From: Coprobacillaceae bacterium
GTDB taxonomy: Bacteria; Bacillota_I; Bacilli_A; Erysipelotrichales; Coprobacillaceae
Assembly (NCBI GenBank): GCA_963675915.1
Contig: OY780959.1
Span: forward strand, 2,520,001 to 2,552,000
Direction: 5' to 3'
DNA: 32,000 bases
The translations under genes were made by a program, and so were the position numbers. A model generated the notes under the pieces. That model was not told where the DNA came from. It worked only from the letters and a program-made list of their open reading frames with translations, and did not search any database. Shown here piece after piece: positions 9,842 to 21,182 of this stretch. How positions within the stretch are numbered: position 1 is the stretch's first letter; every line of letters starts with the position of its first letter.

Positions 9842-10681
9842 ATGGATAGAAGTATAATTAAGACAGTCACCGGTTATAGAACTCATGACGGTGCCGGTGT
9901 CAGTCTGGTGCGCGTTCTTTCGAATCAGACAACTGAATCGTATGACCCGATATTGCTGCTTGATTCTTTTGACAGTATCAATCCCGATGACTACAAGGCC
10001 GGTTTTCCATTGCATCCCCATCGAGGGATTGAGACAATATCTTATGTCTATCAGGGTAAAATGGTACATAAGGACAGTCTTGGTAATGAGGGTGCTATCG
10101 GTTCGGGCGAAGTTCAGTGGATGACGGCCGGATCGGGGATCCTCCATGAAGAGATGCTGCCGGCGTCTAAGCGGATGTTGGGGGTACAATTGTGGCTCAA
10201 TTTACCGGCCAAAGACAAAATGGTCCCGCCTGAATATCATAGCATCAGGAATGACGAAATTGAGGAAATCGAACTTGAACATGGCAAGTTGCGTCTTTTG
10301 GCAGGGACCTATGGGACTCATCGGGGCTATCAGGGCAAATACCTCCCTCTGGATTATTATGATGTTCATCTTGATCCTGGCGGGGAAGTTTCGATTAAGA
10401 CCCCTGAAGAAAATTCGGTGATGGTTTTTACTTTGGTTGGAAATGCTTTTGTAGCTGGCCAGTTGGTTCCAGAAAAAACAGCTGTCAAACTAACCGCCGG
10501 AGATCAAGTTGTCCTGAAGGCCGAAAACACCAAAGTGCAAATCCTGTTTATCAGTTCCCGGAAACTTGATGAGATGATTGCCTGGGGTGGACCGATTGTT
10601 ATGAATACCAGGGAAGAACTTGAGCAAGCTTTTACTGACTTGCGCCATGGAAATTTCCTGAAAGATAAAATCCACTATTGA
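9842..10681 (+). CDS. Pirin family bicupin protein
   Basis: 279 aa with the metal-binding HPHRGIETISYV motif and the QWMTAGSGILHEE segment. RBS TAGGAGG upstream. Confidence 0.85.
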   Translation: MDRSIIKTVTGYRTHDGAGVSLVRVLSNQTTESYDPILLLDSFDSINPDDYKAGFPLHPHRGIETISYVYQGKMVHKDSLGNEGAIGSGEVQWMTAGSGILHEEMLPASKRMLGVQLWLNLPAKDKMVPPEYHSIRNDEIEEIELEHGKLRLLAGTYGTHRGYQGKYLPLDYYDVHLDPGGEVSIKTPEENSVMVFTLVGNAFVAGQLVPEKTAVKLTAGDQVVLKAENTKVQILFISSRKLDEMIAWGGPIVMNTREELEQAFTDLRHGNFLKDKIHY

Positions 10682-10739
10682 TTGTAAACCAATCAGTGGA
10701 CTTCAATATAATATTAAGAAGAGTGATGAGGTGGAAAAG

Positions 10740-11303
10740 ATGAGTGAAAAACATGTATTATCCCAAAAAGAGACCAAAGCGATGTTGAATATCCTAGGTA
10801 CCCGTTTTGACAAACACAGATCCCGCCATAAAGGAATCAGATGGCGTTCGGTGCTGCACAAACTTGAAAGCGATCCTGAAAAATTATGGTCGTTGAACCA
10901 AATGGAACTGACCGGGGGTGAACCTGATGTTATCGGCTATGATCTTGCCAGCGATGAATACATCTATGTTGACTGTGTCAAGGAAAGTCCGATTGGACGC
11001 CGGTCGCTATGTTATGATCTTGAAGGTCTGAATTCAAGAAAAGATAACAAGCCCAAAGGCAATGCCATGGATATGGCAGCAGAAATGGGGGTCGAAATCC
11101 TGACGCCGCAACAGTACAAGGATCTCCAAAAAATTGAGACGTTTGATATGAAATCATCAAGCTGGCTAAAAACGCCAGAAGAAATCCGCAAGGAAGGCGG
11201 AGCCTTGTTTGGCGACTTCCGCTTCGGCAGTATTTTTGTCTACCATAACACTGCCGGTTCCTATTATTCAGCGCGGGGATTTAGAGCTGTGCTTCGAGTT
11301 TAA
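10740..11303 (+). CDS. DUF4256 domain protein
   Basis: 187 aa from ATG 10740 (GAGGTGG 7 nt upstream); the ORF is open from GTG 10731. LWSLNQMELTGGEPDVIGYD, RRSLCYD and SYYSARGFRAVLRV match my recollection of DUF4256. Confidence 0.6.
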   Translation: MSEKHVLSQKETKAMLNILGTRFDKHRSRHKGIRWRSVLHKLESDPEKLWSLNQMELTGGEPDVIGYDLASDEYIYVDCVKESPIGRRSLCYDLEGLNSRKDNKPKGNAMDMAAEMGVEILTPQQYKDLQKIETFDMKSSSWLKTPEEIRKEGGALFGDFRFGSIFVYHNTAGSYYSARGFRAVLRV

Positions 11304-11342
11304 CCAAAATTGAAATATTTAAAAGTCATCGGTTTTAACCAA

Positions 11343-11390
11343 CCTGTCATGAGCGTAATGACGGTGGTTTTGACAGAGGGCTTTTTTTTG
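11343..11390 (+). terminator. Possible terminator of the accessory operon
   Basis: Hairpin CTGTCAT / ATGACGG (one G-U pair) followed about 18 nt later by a T8 run. The geometry is not canonical. Confidence 0.3.
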
Positions 11391-11439
11391 TGATTTAGAT
11401 AATTTCAATCCCTAAAAAAGGGTTTATAAAAATAAATAA

Positions 11440-13491
<2,052 letters not shown>

Positions 13492-13492
13492 T

Positions 13493-14569
13493 ATGAAAAA
13501 AACAATAATTTTAATAGTCCTGATGCTGATGTTGTCTGGATGCAATCAGGCCCGCGATACGGTTGATACGGAAACCCAGACAAAGGTGGTTTCATCCCAG
13601 GAACTGGATTCAAGTTTCTATTCGATTGTGAGCATGGGCGCCAGCAATATCAGAACCAATTATTATACTTCGTTCTACTCGACAGTTGATTTTGCCAAAA
13701 TCGGCAACGGAATGCAGCGACTTAGTTCCCGCGTCTTTTCAACTGATGATTATTATCTGGCAGAAGGCAATCTTCTGACAAGTGGCAATCTGTCGGATTT
13801 GCTGAGAAGATCGAGCGATCCGTCGGAATATCCGTCGACACTACAACCCCAGCGGGGGACAGTGATTGAAGGGATAGAAAACGCAATCATGGTATCGACT
13901 GTCTATGAGCAGGATTTCTACCAGGAAGAAGGCGGACAATTCAACCTGGCGGGGGCCTCGTTTGCGATTGTTCTCGATCCCCGCGACGAAAGCAATAACC
14001 GGCTGGCTTCACCGATGACCACCACGACAATTCTGGAGTATGGGCAAGGTGTGATTCCAGTTTTATATGAATATGTCAAAGGCTTGGACGATTTTTCGGA
14101 AGTTCCGGTGAATGTCTATGTTTATTTGGCGACAGACACTTCGGAAGACTATTACGGGGGTGGGTATATCCTGCAATGTAATGAGTCAAATGGCAGTCTG
14201 GGAGAAATTGATTCAGTGGAAGATACAACCGTGTTGTTTATCTCCAGTGAAGCCAGTGCGATTGATTATAATCTCAATGATTCGTTTGCAACATTTAGAA
14301 GAGAAATCAAGGATAGCGCCTATGAGGCTGCCGGAGTAATCGGGCAGGGGACCTACAACGGCAATACCCTTGTCAAACTGACAATTGATGTCAATATCAA
14401 TGTCAAGACATATACTGAAATGATCTATCTGATTTCGGTTATCAAGGAATCGGCAGATAACTATCTGCAAAGCTATCCCTTGACTATTCTGGTTTCATCA
14501 CAGGATGAACCGGTGGCCGTAATTACCAAAGAGGCCAGCCGTAATTCGGATGCGATTATGTTAGTGTGA
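13493..14569 (+). CDS. camS: CamS/YerH-family lipoprotein (sex pheromone precursor family)
   Basis: Signal peptide MKKTIILIVLMLMLSGC with a lipobox. Size and position between ligA and gatCAB match the Bacillus/Staphylococcus arrangement. The ORF is open from 13481, so its 5' end overlaps ligA. Confidence 0.65.
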   Translation: MKKTIILIVLMLMLSGCNQARDTVDTETQTKVVSSQELDSSFYSIVSMGASNIRTNYYTSFYSTVDFAKIGNGMQRLSSRVFSTDDYYLAEGNLLTSGNLSDLLRRSSDPSEYPSTLQPQRGTVIEGIENAIMVSTVYEQDFYQEEGGQFNLAGASFAIVLDPRDESNNRLASPMTTTTILEYGQGVIPVLYEYVKGLDDFSEVPVNVYVYLATDTSEDYYGGGYILQCNESNGSLGEIDSVEDTTVLFISSEASAIDYNLNDSFATFRREIKDSAYEAAGVIGQGTYNGNTLVKLTIDVNINVKTYTEMIYLISVIKESADNYLQSYPLTILVSSQDEPVAVITKEASRNSDAIMLV

Positions 14570-14581
14570 TTGGAGGAAAAA

Positions 14582-14869
14582 ATGGAAAAAGAAGCAATGT
14601 TAAAACAACTGGGTCGCAAGACAATGTTCGATATTTCGGATGAAGAAATGCCGGCACTGGTTGACGAATATGAAGTATTTATGAACCACGTTCAGGTGTT
14701 GGATCAGATTGATACAACCGGCGTTGAGATAATGGCCTATCCTTATGATGTGGAAACCACATTCATGCGTGAAGATGAGCCTGATTATGTGATATCACGA
14801 GAGGATGCTCTTAAAAATGCCAAAGACGTCCAAGAAAATCAAATCAAAGTACCGAAGGTGGTGGGATAA
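14582..14869 (+). CDS. gatC: Asp/Glu-tRNA(Asn/Gln) amidotransferase subunit C
   Basis: 95 aa from ATG 14582 (GGAGG at 14572-14576). The track ORF starts at TTG 14570. The stop overlaps the gatA ATG (TAATG). Confidence 0.85.
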   Translation: MEKEAMLKQLGRKTMFDISDEEMPALVDEYEVFMNHVQVLDQIDTTGVEIMAYPYDVETTFMREDEPDYVISREDALKNAKDVQENQIKVPKVVG

Positions 14870-16308
14870 TGGAAGTCTATACAATTGAGCAACTTGCAAA
14901 CAAGATTAAAAACAATGAAATTGATTTGGCGGCTTATTATGACGAACTTTTCGAAGAAGCCAAGGTGCAACATGAAAGACTGAACAACATCGTAACCTTC
15001 ACCAAAGATACCGCCCTCAAGGCTCTTGAAGGCAACAGTGATTCGCTCTTGAACAAGATTCCGACGGTTTTGAAAGACAACTACAATACCAAAGGAATTC
15101 CTACTACAGCAAGTTCGAAAATGCTTGAGGATTACGTGCCAGTATATTCGGCCCACGTTTATGAAAAGCTTGAACAGGCCAATGTGGCGCTGGTCGGTAA
15201 AGCCAGCATGGATGAGCTTGCCATGGGTGGAACGAACAAATCAGCGCTGACCGGACCGGTTTTGAATCCATGGGATCCAACCAGAATTTCCGGTGGTTCT
15301 TCAGGGGGATCGGCAGCAAGTGTTGCCAGCGGTCTGGTGCCATTTTCACTAGGTTCGGATACGGGTGATTCAGTCCGCAAACCAGCGGGATTATGCGGTG
15401 TTTACGGATTCAAACCGACGTGGGGAAGAATTTCCCGTTATGGAATCATTCCTTACGCTTCAAGTTTGGACGCGGTGGGGATGTTCACCCGCAATGTCCG
15501 CGATATGGCAATTGTCACTCGCGAACTGGCTGGACGTGATGACCGCGACATGACTTCATCTTTCAAAGAAGTTCCGGATTATCTGGCTGATTTGAACAAA
15601 GATCTTTCAAACAAAACCATTGCCGTTTTGACGACTGTATCCAATGAAGTACGCAATAAAGAAATCAAAGCCAATTTCGATGAAATCGTGGCAAAGTTCA
15701 AGGAATTGAATGCCAATGTCATAGAAGTGGAGATGCCGATGCATCTAGCTCGGGCAATCTTGCCTTGTTATAAAATAATCGCCAACTCGGAGGCGACCAG
15801 CAATCATTCATGTCTGGATGGGATCAAATACGGTGACCGCCAACCTGGAGCTTCGGTTGATGAGGTCATGATCAACTCGAGAACCGATGGATTCGGTGAC
15901 CATATCAAACGGAGATTCATCCTGGGTAACTTGGCTTTGGCCACTGAAAATCAGGAAAAAATGTTCAGACAGGCTCAAAGAGTCCGCCGTCTGATTGTTG
16001 ATGAAATGAATCGGATTTTCGAACAGGCTGATGTCTTTATTGCGCCAAACAGTGGTGCGATTGCCCCAAAAGTGGCTGAGGCCAGCGATGACATGCTTAC
16101 AGATGAGTATATCATTTTGGAAAACTATCTTGCTTTGGCCAACTTCGGGGGAAATCCGTCGTTGACTATGCCGGTGGGAATGGTTGACAATATGCCGATT
16201 GGAATGAACATTACCGGTAGAATTTTTGAAGAACAAACAGTTTTGGATGTTGCTTACGCTTTGGAATCAGTTCTGGATTTCAAGGATAAATACAAAAGGG
16301 AGGACTAA
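14869..16308 (+). CDS. gatA: Asp/Glu-tRNA(Asn/Gln) amidotransferase subunit A
   Basis: 479 aa with the amidase signature GGSSGGSAASVA and a GSDTGDSVR segment. Confidence 0.95.
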   Translation: MEVYTIEQLANKIKNNEIDLAAYYDELFEEAKVQHERLNNIVTFTKDTALKALEGNSDSLLNKIPTVLKDNYNTKGIPTTASSKMLEDYVPVYSAHVYEKLEQANVALVGKASMDELAMGGTNKSALTGPVLNPWDPTRISGGSSGGSAASVASGLVPFSLGSDTGDSVRKPAGLCGVYGFKPTWGRISRYGIIPYASSLDAVGMFTRNVRDMAIVTRELAGRDDRDMTSSFKEVPDYLADLNKDLSNKTIAVLTTVSNEVRNKEIKANFDEIVAKFKELNANVIEVEMPMHLARAILPCYKIIANSEATSNHSCLDGIKYGDRQPGASVDEVMINSRTDGFGDHIKRRFILGNLALATENQEKMFRQAQRVRRLIVDEMNRIFEQADVFIAPNSGAIAPKVAEASDDMLTDEYIILENYLALANFGGNPSLTMPVGMVDNMPIGMNITGRIFEEQTVLDVAYALESVLDFKDKYKRED

Positions 16309-16309
16309 C

Positions 16310-17740
16310 ATGAATTTTGAAGTTGTAATTGGATTAGAAGTCCATACCGAATTGAAAACAAGATCTAAAATGTTTTCGGCTGCTCCGGTGACTTTCGGAG
16401 AAGATGTCAATACCAAAGTTAATATTGTGGATATGGGGATGACAGGTGCGATGCCGGTCCTCAACAAAGCCGGAGTTGAATACGCTTTGCGCGTTTGTCA
16501 TGCTCTGGATATGGACATTGATGAACTGGTAATGTTCGATCGTAAAAACTACTACTATTCCGATTTGCCAAAAGGGTTCCAGATTACTCAGGATCGCCGC
16601 CCGATTGGGAGAAATGGTGAAATCGAAATTGAGGTTGATGGTGAAAAACAAATTGTGGAGATTGAAAGGTTGCATATGGAAGAGGATACGGCCAAACAAT
16701 TCCATCATGATGATTATTCATTGATTGACTACAACCGGGCTGGAATTCCGCTGATTGAGATCGTCACCAGACCTTCAATCCGTTCAGGAAAAGGAGCGGC
16801 TGCATATTTGGAAAAATTGCGCCAAATTCTGCTTTTCACTGATGTTTCCGATGCCAAGATGGAAGAAGGGTCGATGCGTTGCGACGTAAATGTCTCAATC
16901 CGTCCGTTTGGATCAGACCGTTATGGGACCCGCTGTGAAATCAAGAATCTGAATTCGATTTCGAATGTTCAAAAAGCGATTGAATATGAAGTTGCCCGTC
17001 AGGAAAAAATTATTCTTTCAGGGGGATTGGTTGAACAAAATACGATGCGTTATGATGAAGCCTTGAGAAAAACAGTGGTAATGCGTGCCAAAGGGGATGC
17101 GGTGGATTACAAATATTATCCAGAACCAAATATTCTGCCGATTCGTCTAGACCATGCCTGGGTTGAATCAATCAAGGCCAACCTTCCGGAAATGCCGGAT
17201 GTACTGGTTAAACGTTATATCGAAGAATACAAGATACCTAGCACTGATGCCTTGATTCTGGTTCAGACCAAAGAAATGTCCGACTTTTTCAATCAAGCTG
17301 CCAATGAGACTGTTGAATATAAACAAGTCTGTAACTGGCTTCTAGGTGAAGTTTCAGCATATCTTAACAAGAATCATCTTAAGATCACTCAAACCAAACT
17401 GACTCCTAAGAATCTGGCCAAGATGATCAACCTGATCGGGGATGGAACCATTTCATCTAAACAAGGTAAGAAAGTATTCACAATCACAATTGAAGAAGGA
17501 AAAGATCCGGATGTGATTGTCGAAGAAAACAATATGAAGCAAATTTCTTCAGTGGAAGAACTATCTAAATATATCAACGAGATTCTCGATAACAATCCAC
17601 AATCGGTTGAGGATTACCGCAATGGCCGCAACAAGGCGGTCGGGTTTATCATCGGTCAGCTGATGAAAGCTACAGGTGGACAGGCTAATCCGGCCGTTGC
17701 CAACAAGGTTGTCATCCAATTGCTGAAAGAGCGATGCTAG
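16310..17740 (+). CDS. gatB: Asp/Glu-tRNA(Asn/Gln) amidotransferase subunit B
   Basis: 476 aa from ATG 16310 (MNFEVVIGLEVHTEL), GGGAGG upstream. The track ORF start at 16226 lies inside gatA. Confidence 0.95.
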   Translation: MNFEVVIGLEVHTELKTRSKMFSAAPVTFGEDVNTKVNIVDMGMTGAMPVLNKAGVEYALRVCHALDMDIDELVMFDRKNYYYSDLPKGFQITQDRRPIGRNGEIEIEVDGEKQIVEIERLHMEEDTAKQFHHDDYSLIDYNRAGIPLIEIVTRPSIRSGKGAAAYLEKLRQILLFTDVSDAKMEEGSMRCDVNVSIRPFGSDRYGTRCEIKNLNSISNVQKAIEYEVARQEKIILSGGLVEQNTMRYDEALRKTVVMRAKGDAVDYKYYPEPNILPIRLDHAWVESIKANLPEMPDVLVKRYIEEYKIPSTDALILVQTKEMSDFFNQAANETVEYKQVCNWLLGEVSAYLNKNHLKITQTKLTPKNLAKMINLIGDGTISSKQGKKVFTITIEEGKDPDVIVEENNMKQISSVEELSKYINEILDNNPQSVEDYRNGRNKAVGFIIGQLMKATGGQANPAVANKVVIQLLKERC

Positions 17741-17786
17741 TGACAAATCGGGAAATATTTGGTAAAATTGCACTTGAGGTGGAATA

Positions 17787-18506
17787 ATGGAAAAAAATGA
17801 AAAACCTGTTGCAATAGATGATACACAAGGTCAAGTCGAGGCGGTCAAGGAAGAATTGACTGTTGATGGAGTTGACACTTTAAAATTAGATGCTCAAAAG
17901 GAAGACAAGATGAAAAGAAAACAGCAAAGAAAAAAGAAATTGAAAAGTTTTTTGATTGTCGCATTGGTATTTGTAATAATCGTCGGTTTGGGGATTGTTT
18001 GGTTGATCAGCGCCGGTAGAAATGACGGACCGGTATATGGAGATCGCTGCGCTTCCCTGGTGACCCTTGACAGCGGCATCTTCAATGAAGTCGAAACGAC
18101 GATGGAGGAAAATTCAGCCATCAATGATGTTGCGATTTCAGTCGACTGTCGAATCATCAAAATCAATATCGATTATGTCGAAGGTACAAGCAAGGAATCG
18201 GCAACAGCCCTTGCCAGCGACACTTTGCATCTTCTTGATGACAGTGCCGGTTATGAAAAAACTGACGGTGGACAATGGTCGTACTTATTGAATACTCATG
18301 ATGGCCGCAGCCAGTATGATGCCGATTTCATGTTGACTACAACCAACAATGAAGACTTCCCGATATTCGGGGCGAAAAAGGCGGAACTGGATCTGATTTC
18401 CTGGACATATGCTTCGATCAAAAACCAGGCAACTACTGACAAAGTGCTCGAAGAAGCTGCCCAGGATGCCGCTGATGCTGTCGATGACTCGGCCTCAACT
18501 GACTAG
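17787..18506 (+). CDS. Hypothetical single-pass membrane protein (N-in, Lys-rich juxtamembrane segment, acidic tail)
   Basis: 239 aa with RBS GAGGTGG. One TM helix (FLIVALVFVIIVGLGIVWLI) follows KRKQQRKKKLK. I recognise no family. Confidence 0.55.
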   Translation: MEKNEKPVAIDDTQGQVEAVKEELTVDGVDTLKLDAQKEDKMKRKQQRKKKLKSFLIVALVFVIIVGLGIVWLISAGRNDGPVYGDRCASLVTLDSGIFNEVETTMEENSAINDVAISVDCRIIKINIDYVEGTSKESATALASDTLHLLDDSAGYEKTDGGQWSYLLNTHDGRSQYDADFMLTTTNNEDFPIFGAKKAELDLISWTYASIKNQATTDKVLEEAAQDAADAVDDSASTD

Positions 18507-18529
18507 AGTCAGATAATTTGGAGATTATA

Positions 18530-19876
18530 ATGAAAAAAAATGATTATTTTATTGGTACTTGCAGTGACTTGACTCATGACGGTCGCGGTGTGGTCAAATA
18601 TGAGAATTTCACATATTTTGTTCCGGGACTGCTTGTCAACGAGACTGCGAATATCAAAGTTATTAAAATGCTGAAAAATTACGGCATCGGTCGGGCGATT
18701 GAAATTACGATACCCTCAAAGCATCGTCAAGAGCCTCGTTGCCCGGTTTATAAACCATGTGGCGGATGCCAGCTTCAGCATTTGAGTACTGAAGGACAAC
18801 AGCAGTTCAAGACCAAAAGAGTCAAAGATGCGCTGGTGCGAATCGGAGGATGTGAGGTTGCAGTCAATGACTGCATCATGATGGATGACCCTTGGAATTA
18901 CCGCAACAAGGTTCAGATGCCTGTAGGGATCAAGAACAATAAAATTGTGGCTGGATTTTATAAAGCCCGGACCAATGATATCATTCCGACTAAATCTTGC
19001 GATATCCAGAACAAAGAGTCGAACAGGATAACCAATCGGGTGGTTGAATTGATGGAACAATTCAAAATCAATCCTTATGACAAGACTTTGCATACCGGAA
19101 ATATCCGGCATATCCTGACCAAGCACGGTTATCATACTGACGATTTGATGCTGGTTTTGATCAGTTTCAAGAAAAAAATCAAGGATCTTGACAAGATGAT
19201 TGGAGTCCTGACCAAGGAATTCCCAAATCTCAAGACAATTGTTCACAACTATAATCCCCGTAAGGATAATGTGATTCTTGGTGATAAGGAGACGGTTGTT
19301 TTCGGTCCGGGATATATTCAGGATTATCTTATGGGAAATCTGTATAATATTTCCGCAAAATCCTTCTTTCAGGTCAATCCGATCCAGGTGGAAAAACTTT
19401 ATCGTGCCGCAATCGAAAATTCCTCGATAACCAAGGATGATGTGGTCCTCGATGCTTATTGTGGTATCGGGACGATAACATTGAGTCTGGCAAAATATGC
19501 CAAGAAAGTATACGGAGTGGAAATTGTCGCTGCGGCAATCGAGGATGCCAAGAACAATGCCTCCCGAAATGAAATCGACAATGTGGAATTCGCTTTGGGT
19601 GATGCCGGTGAATACATGGTCGATCTGGTCGAGAATGGGACCAATCTTGATGTGGTTTTTGTCGACCCTCCTCGTAAAGGGTGTTCGACTGAATTCCTTG
19701 ACTATCTAATCAAAGCTGCGCCGCGGGAAATCGTCTATATCTCTTGTGATGTGGCAACCCAGGCCCGGGATATCAAATATCTCAAGGACCACTATGAGGC
19801 AACTTACTGCCAACCTGTCGATATGTTCCCCCATAGTACTCATGTTGAAAATATCGTAGTGATGTCTCGAAAATAG
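18530..19876 (+). CDS. rlmD: 23S rRNA (uracil-C5)-methyltransferase, RumA/RlmD/RlmCD family
   Basis: N-terminal TRAM-like region, Fe-S Cys cluster CPVYKPCGGCQLQH, SAM motif DAYCGIGTITL, and DPPRKG. ATG 18530 follows GGAG. The track ORF starts at 18518. Confidence 0.85.
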   Translation: MKKNDYFIGTCSDLTHDGRGVVKYENFTYFVPGLLVNETANIKVIKMLKNYGIGRAIEITIPSKHRQEPRCPVYKPCGGCQLQHLSTEGQQQFKTKRVKDALVRIGGCEVAVNDCIMMDDPWNYRNKVQMPVGIKNNKIVAGFYKARTNDIIPTKSCDIQNKESNRITNRVVELMEQFKINPYDKTLHTGNIRHILTKHGYHTDDLMLVLISFKKKIKDLDKMIGVLTKEFPNLKTIVHNYNPRKDNVILGDKETVVFGPGYIQDYLMGNLYNISAKSFFQVNPIQVEKLYRAAIENSSITKDDVVLDAYCGIGTITLSLAKYAKKVYGVEIVAAAIEDAKNNASRNEIDNVEFALGDAGEYMVDLVENGTNLDVVFVDPPRKGCSTEFLDYLIKAAPREIVYISCDVATQARDIKYLKDHYEATYCQPVDMFPHSTHVENIVVMSRK

Positions 19877-20071
19877 AAAAATATAAGACTGATAAGTCCT
19901 TTTGTAGGAATTGAACAACTTTGTTCGGCTTCCCCAAAAGGGCTTTTTTCATGTGTGATAACTCGACTAAATAAGTGGTATCGTTTGGTTTCTTTGTCGT
20001 TTGGATGTTACGCGAAAAAAATTGGATCATCAATGCTTATATTCTATCGTGTACTGATTGTTTGGAATTTG

Positions 20072-20080
20072 TGATACAAT
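20072..20080 (+). promoter_or_regulatory. Extended -10 element in an AT-rich gap
   Basis: TGaTACAAT lies about 40 nt upstream of a small ORF with an AGGGAG RBS. Confidence 0.35.
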
Positions 20081-20118
20081 GATAGTGTAAAACAATCATT
20101 AGATGTAAGGGTAGGGAG

Positions 20119-20262
20119 ATGTTCGGAACATTAATATCAGGTATGACTTTTATTTTGACAATAGTAAAAGTATGCTTGTTGGTAGTTTGTCATATATATT
20201 CTCCACTGAGGTTTATGGTCCTGGTATGCGAATTTTCATTCTGGATTAATAGCTCAATATGA
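20119..20262 (+). CDS. Candidate small hydrophobic peptide (47 aa), hypothetical
   Basis: My own translation is MFGTLISGMTFILTIVKVCLLVVCHIYSPLRFMVLVCEFSFWINSSI. AGGGAG ends 4 nt before the ATG. It falls below the track length cutoff and I recognise no homology. Confidence 0.25.
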   Translation: MFGTLISGMTFILTIVKVCLLVVCHIYSPLRFMVLVCEFSFWINSSI

Positions 20263-20417
20263 AATATTTCACGCGAATGATACGTCTATAACTGATGAAA
20301 ATAATGATATAGTGCCGGGAGATGTTATTGAAGCAGGTTGAATAAGTTTAATGTTTTATCCGGAGTTAGAGAGATAATCGGATCTTAGGAATAGGGGCAT
20401 AAGAATTATCGAAATAA

Positions 20418-20426
20418 TGTTATAAT
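20418..20426 (+). promoter_or_regulatory. Extended -10 promoter element for the PRTase-DLH pair
   Basis: Perfect TGtTATAAT lies about 95 nt upstream of ATG 20520. Confidence 0.5.
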
Positions 20427-20519
20427 CTGCACTATCGAAGTTTTTGAGTTGAAATTTAGTAATAATAAAACAAAAAGATGTCTATGAATGAGGCAATCAT
20501 GATGAAAGGAGATTAGAAT

Positions 20520-21182
20520 ATGAGGTTTAGAGATCGAAAAGAGGCTGGAATCAAAATGGCTGAAGCCATGGAAAAATATCGAAACCAGGATGTTGTGGTT
20601 TTGGCGCTGCCGCGGGGTGGTGTCGTCCCGGCGGTGGAAATCGCGAAAGCATTACGGGCACCACTGGATCTTGTCATTACGAAAAAGATCGGACATCCGA
20701 TTAATGATGAATATGCCATATGCGCCATTTCTGAAGACGGGGACCCAGTTTGTAATGAAATTGAAAGGAGTCGTGTTGACCCGGAATGGTTTGAGAAAAA
20801 AATCGAAAAAGTGCGCAGTGAGATTCAAAAAAGACGGGAAAATTACCATTTGGACAGTTTGAGACAGTCTTTAGAGGGGAAAACGGCAATCATCGTGGAC
20901 GACGGTATCGCTACCGGACTGACCATGCTGGCAGCCATCTATGAAATAAAGAGCCGCAATCCAAAAGCGTTAGTCGTTGCCATACCTGTAGTTCCTGGGG
21001 ATATCGCTGAGAAAATCAAAGCCCTTGTAGATGAGTTGGTTGCGCTGGATATCGATCAATCCTATCTGGGAGCTGTTGGAGCTTATTACGATAATTTCTT
21101 GCAGGTTGAGGATGACGTGGTAATAGAACTATTAAAAGAAGTTGCCGAAAAAGGAGGACAGCAGAATGAAAAGTCTGAGTAA
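20520..21182 (+). CDS. Predicted phosphoribosyltransferase (type I PRTase fold, COG1926-like)
   Basis: 220 aa with N-terminal FRDRKEAG...VLALPRGGVVPA and PRPP-binding loop AIIVDDGIATGLT. RBS AAAGGAG upstream. Confidence 0.8.
   Translation: MRFRDRKEAGIKMAEAMEKYRNQDVVVLALPRGGVVPAVEIAKALRAPLDLVITKKIGHPINDEYAICAISEDGDPVCNEIERSRVDPEWFEKKIEKVRSEIQKRRENYHLDSLRQSLEGKTAIIVDDGIATGLTMLAAIYEIKSRNPKALVVAIPVVPGDIAEKIKALVDELVALDIDQSYLGAVGAYYDNFLQVEDDVVIELLKEVAEKGGQQNEKSE

Noticed and set aside
4663-11420. Similar T8-GT...TAATTT(G/C)AA strings at both edges of the pcrA-ligA insert (about 4663-4693 and 11382-11410) as possible insertion-site duplication
   Set aside because: The match needs indels and consists of AT-rich terminator-tail sequence, so it is indistinguishable from chance by eye.
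16226-16309. Upstream extension of the gatB ORF
   Set aside because: It overlaps the gatA 3' end in another frame. The conserved GatB N-terminus MNFEVVIGLEVH starts at ATG 16310, right after the gatA stop, with an RBS.
20478-20516. 11-codon uORF (MSMNEAIMMKGD) whose 3' end overlaps the PRTase RBS
   Set aside because: It has no Shine-Dalgarno of its own, and ORFs this short arise by chance in AT-rich leaders. Not supportable without ribosome profiling.
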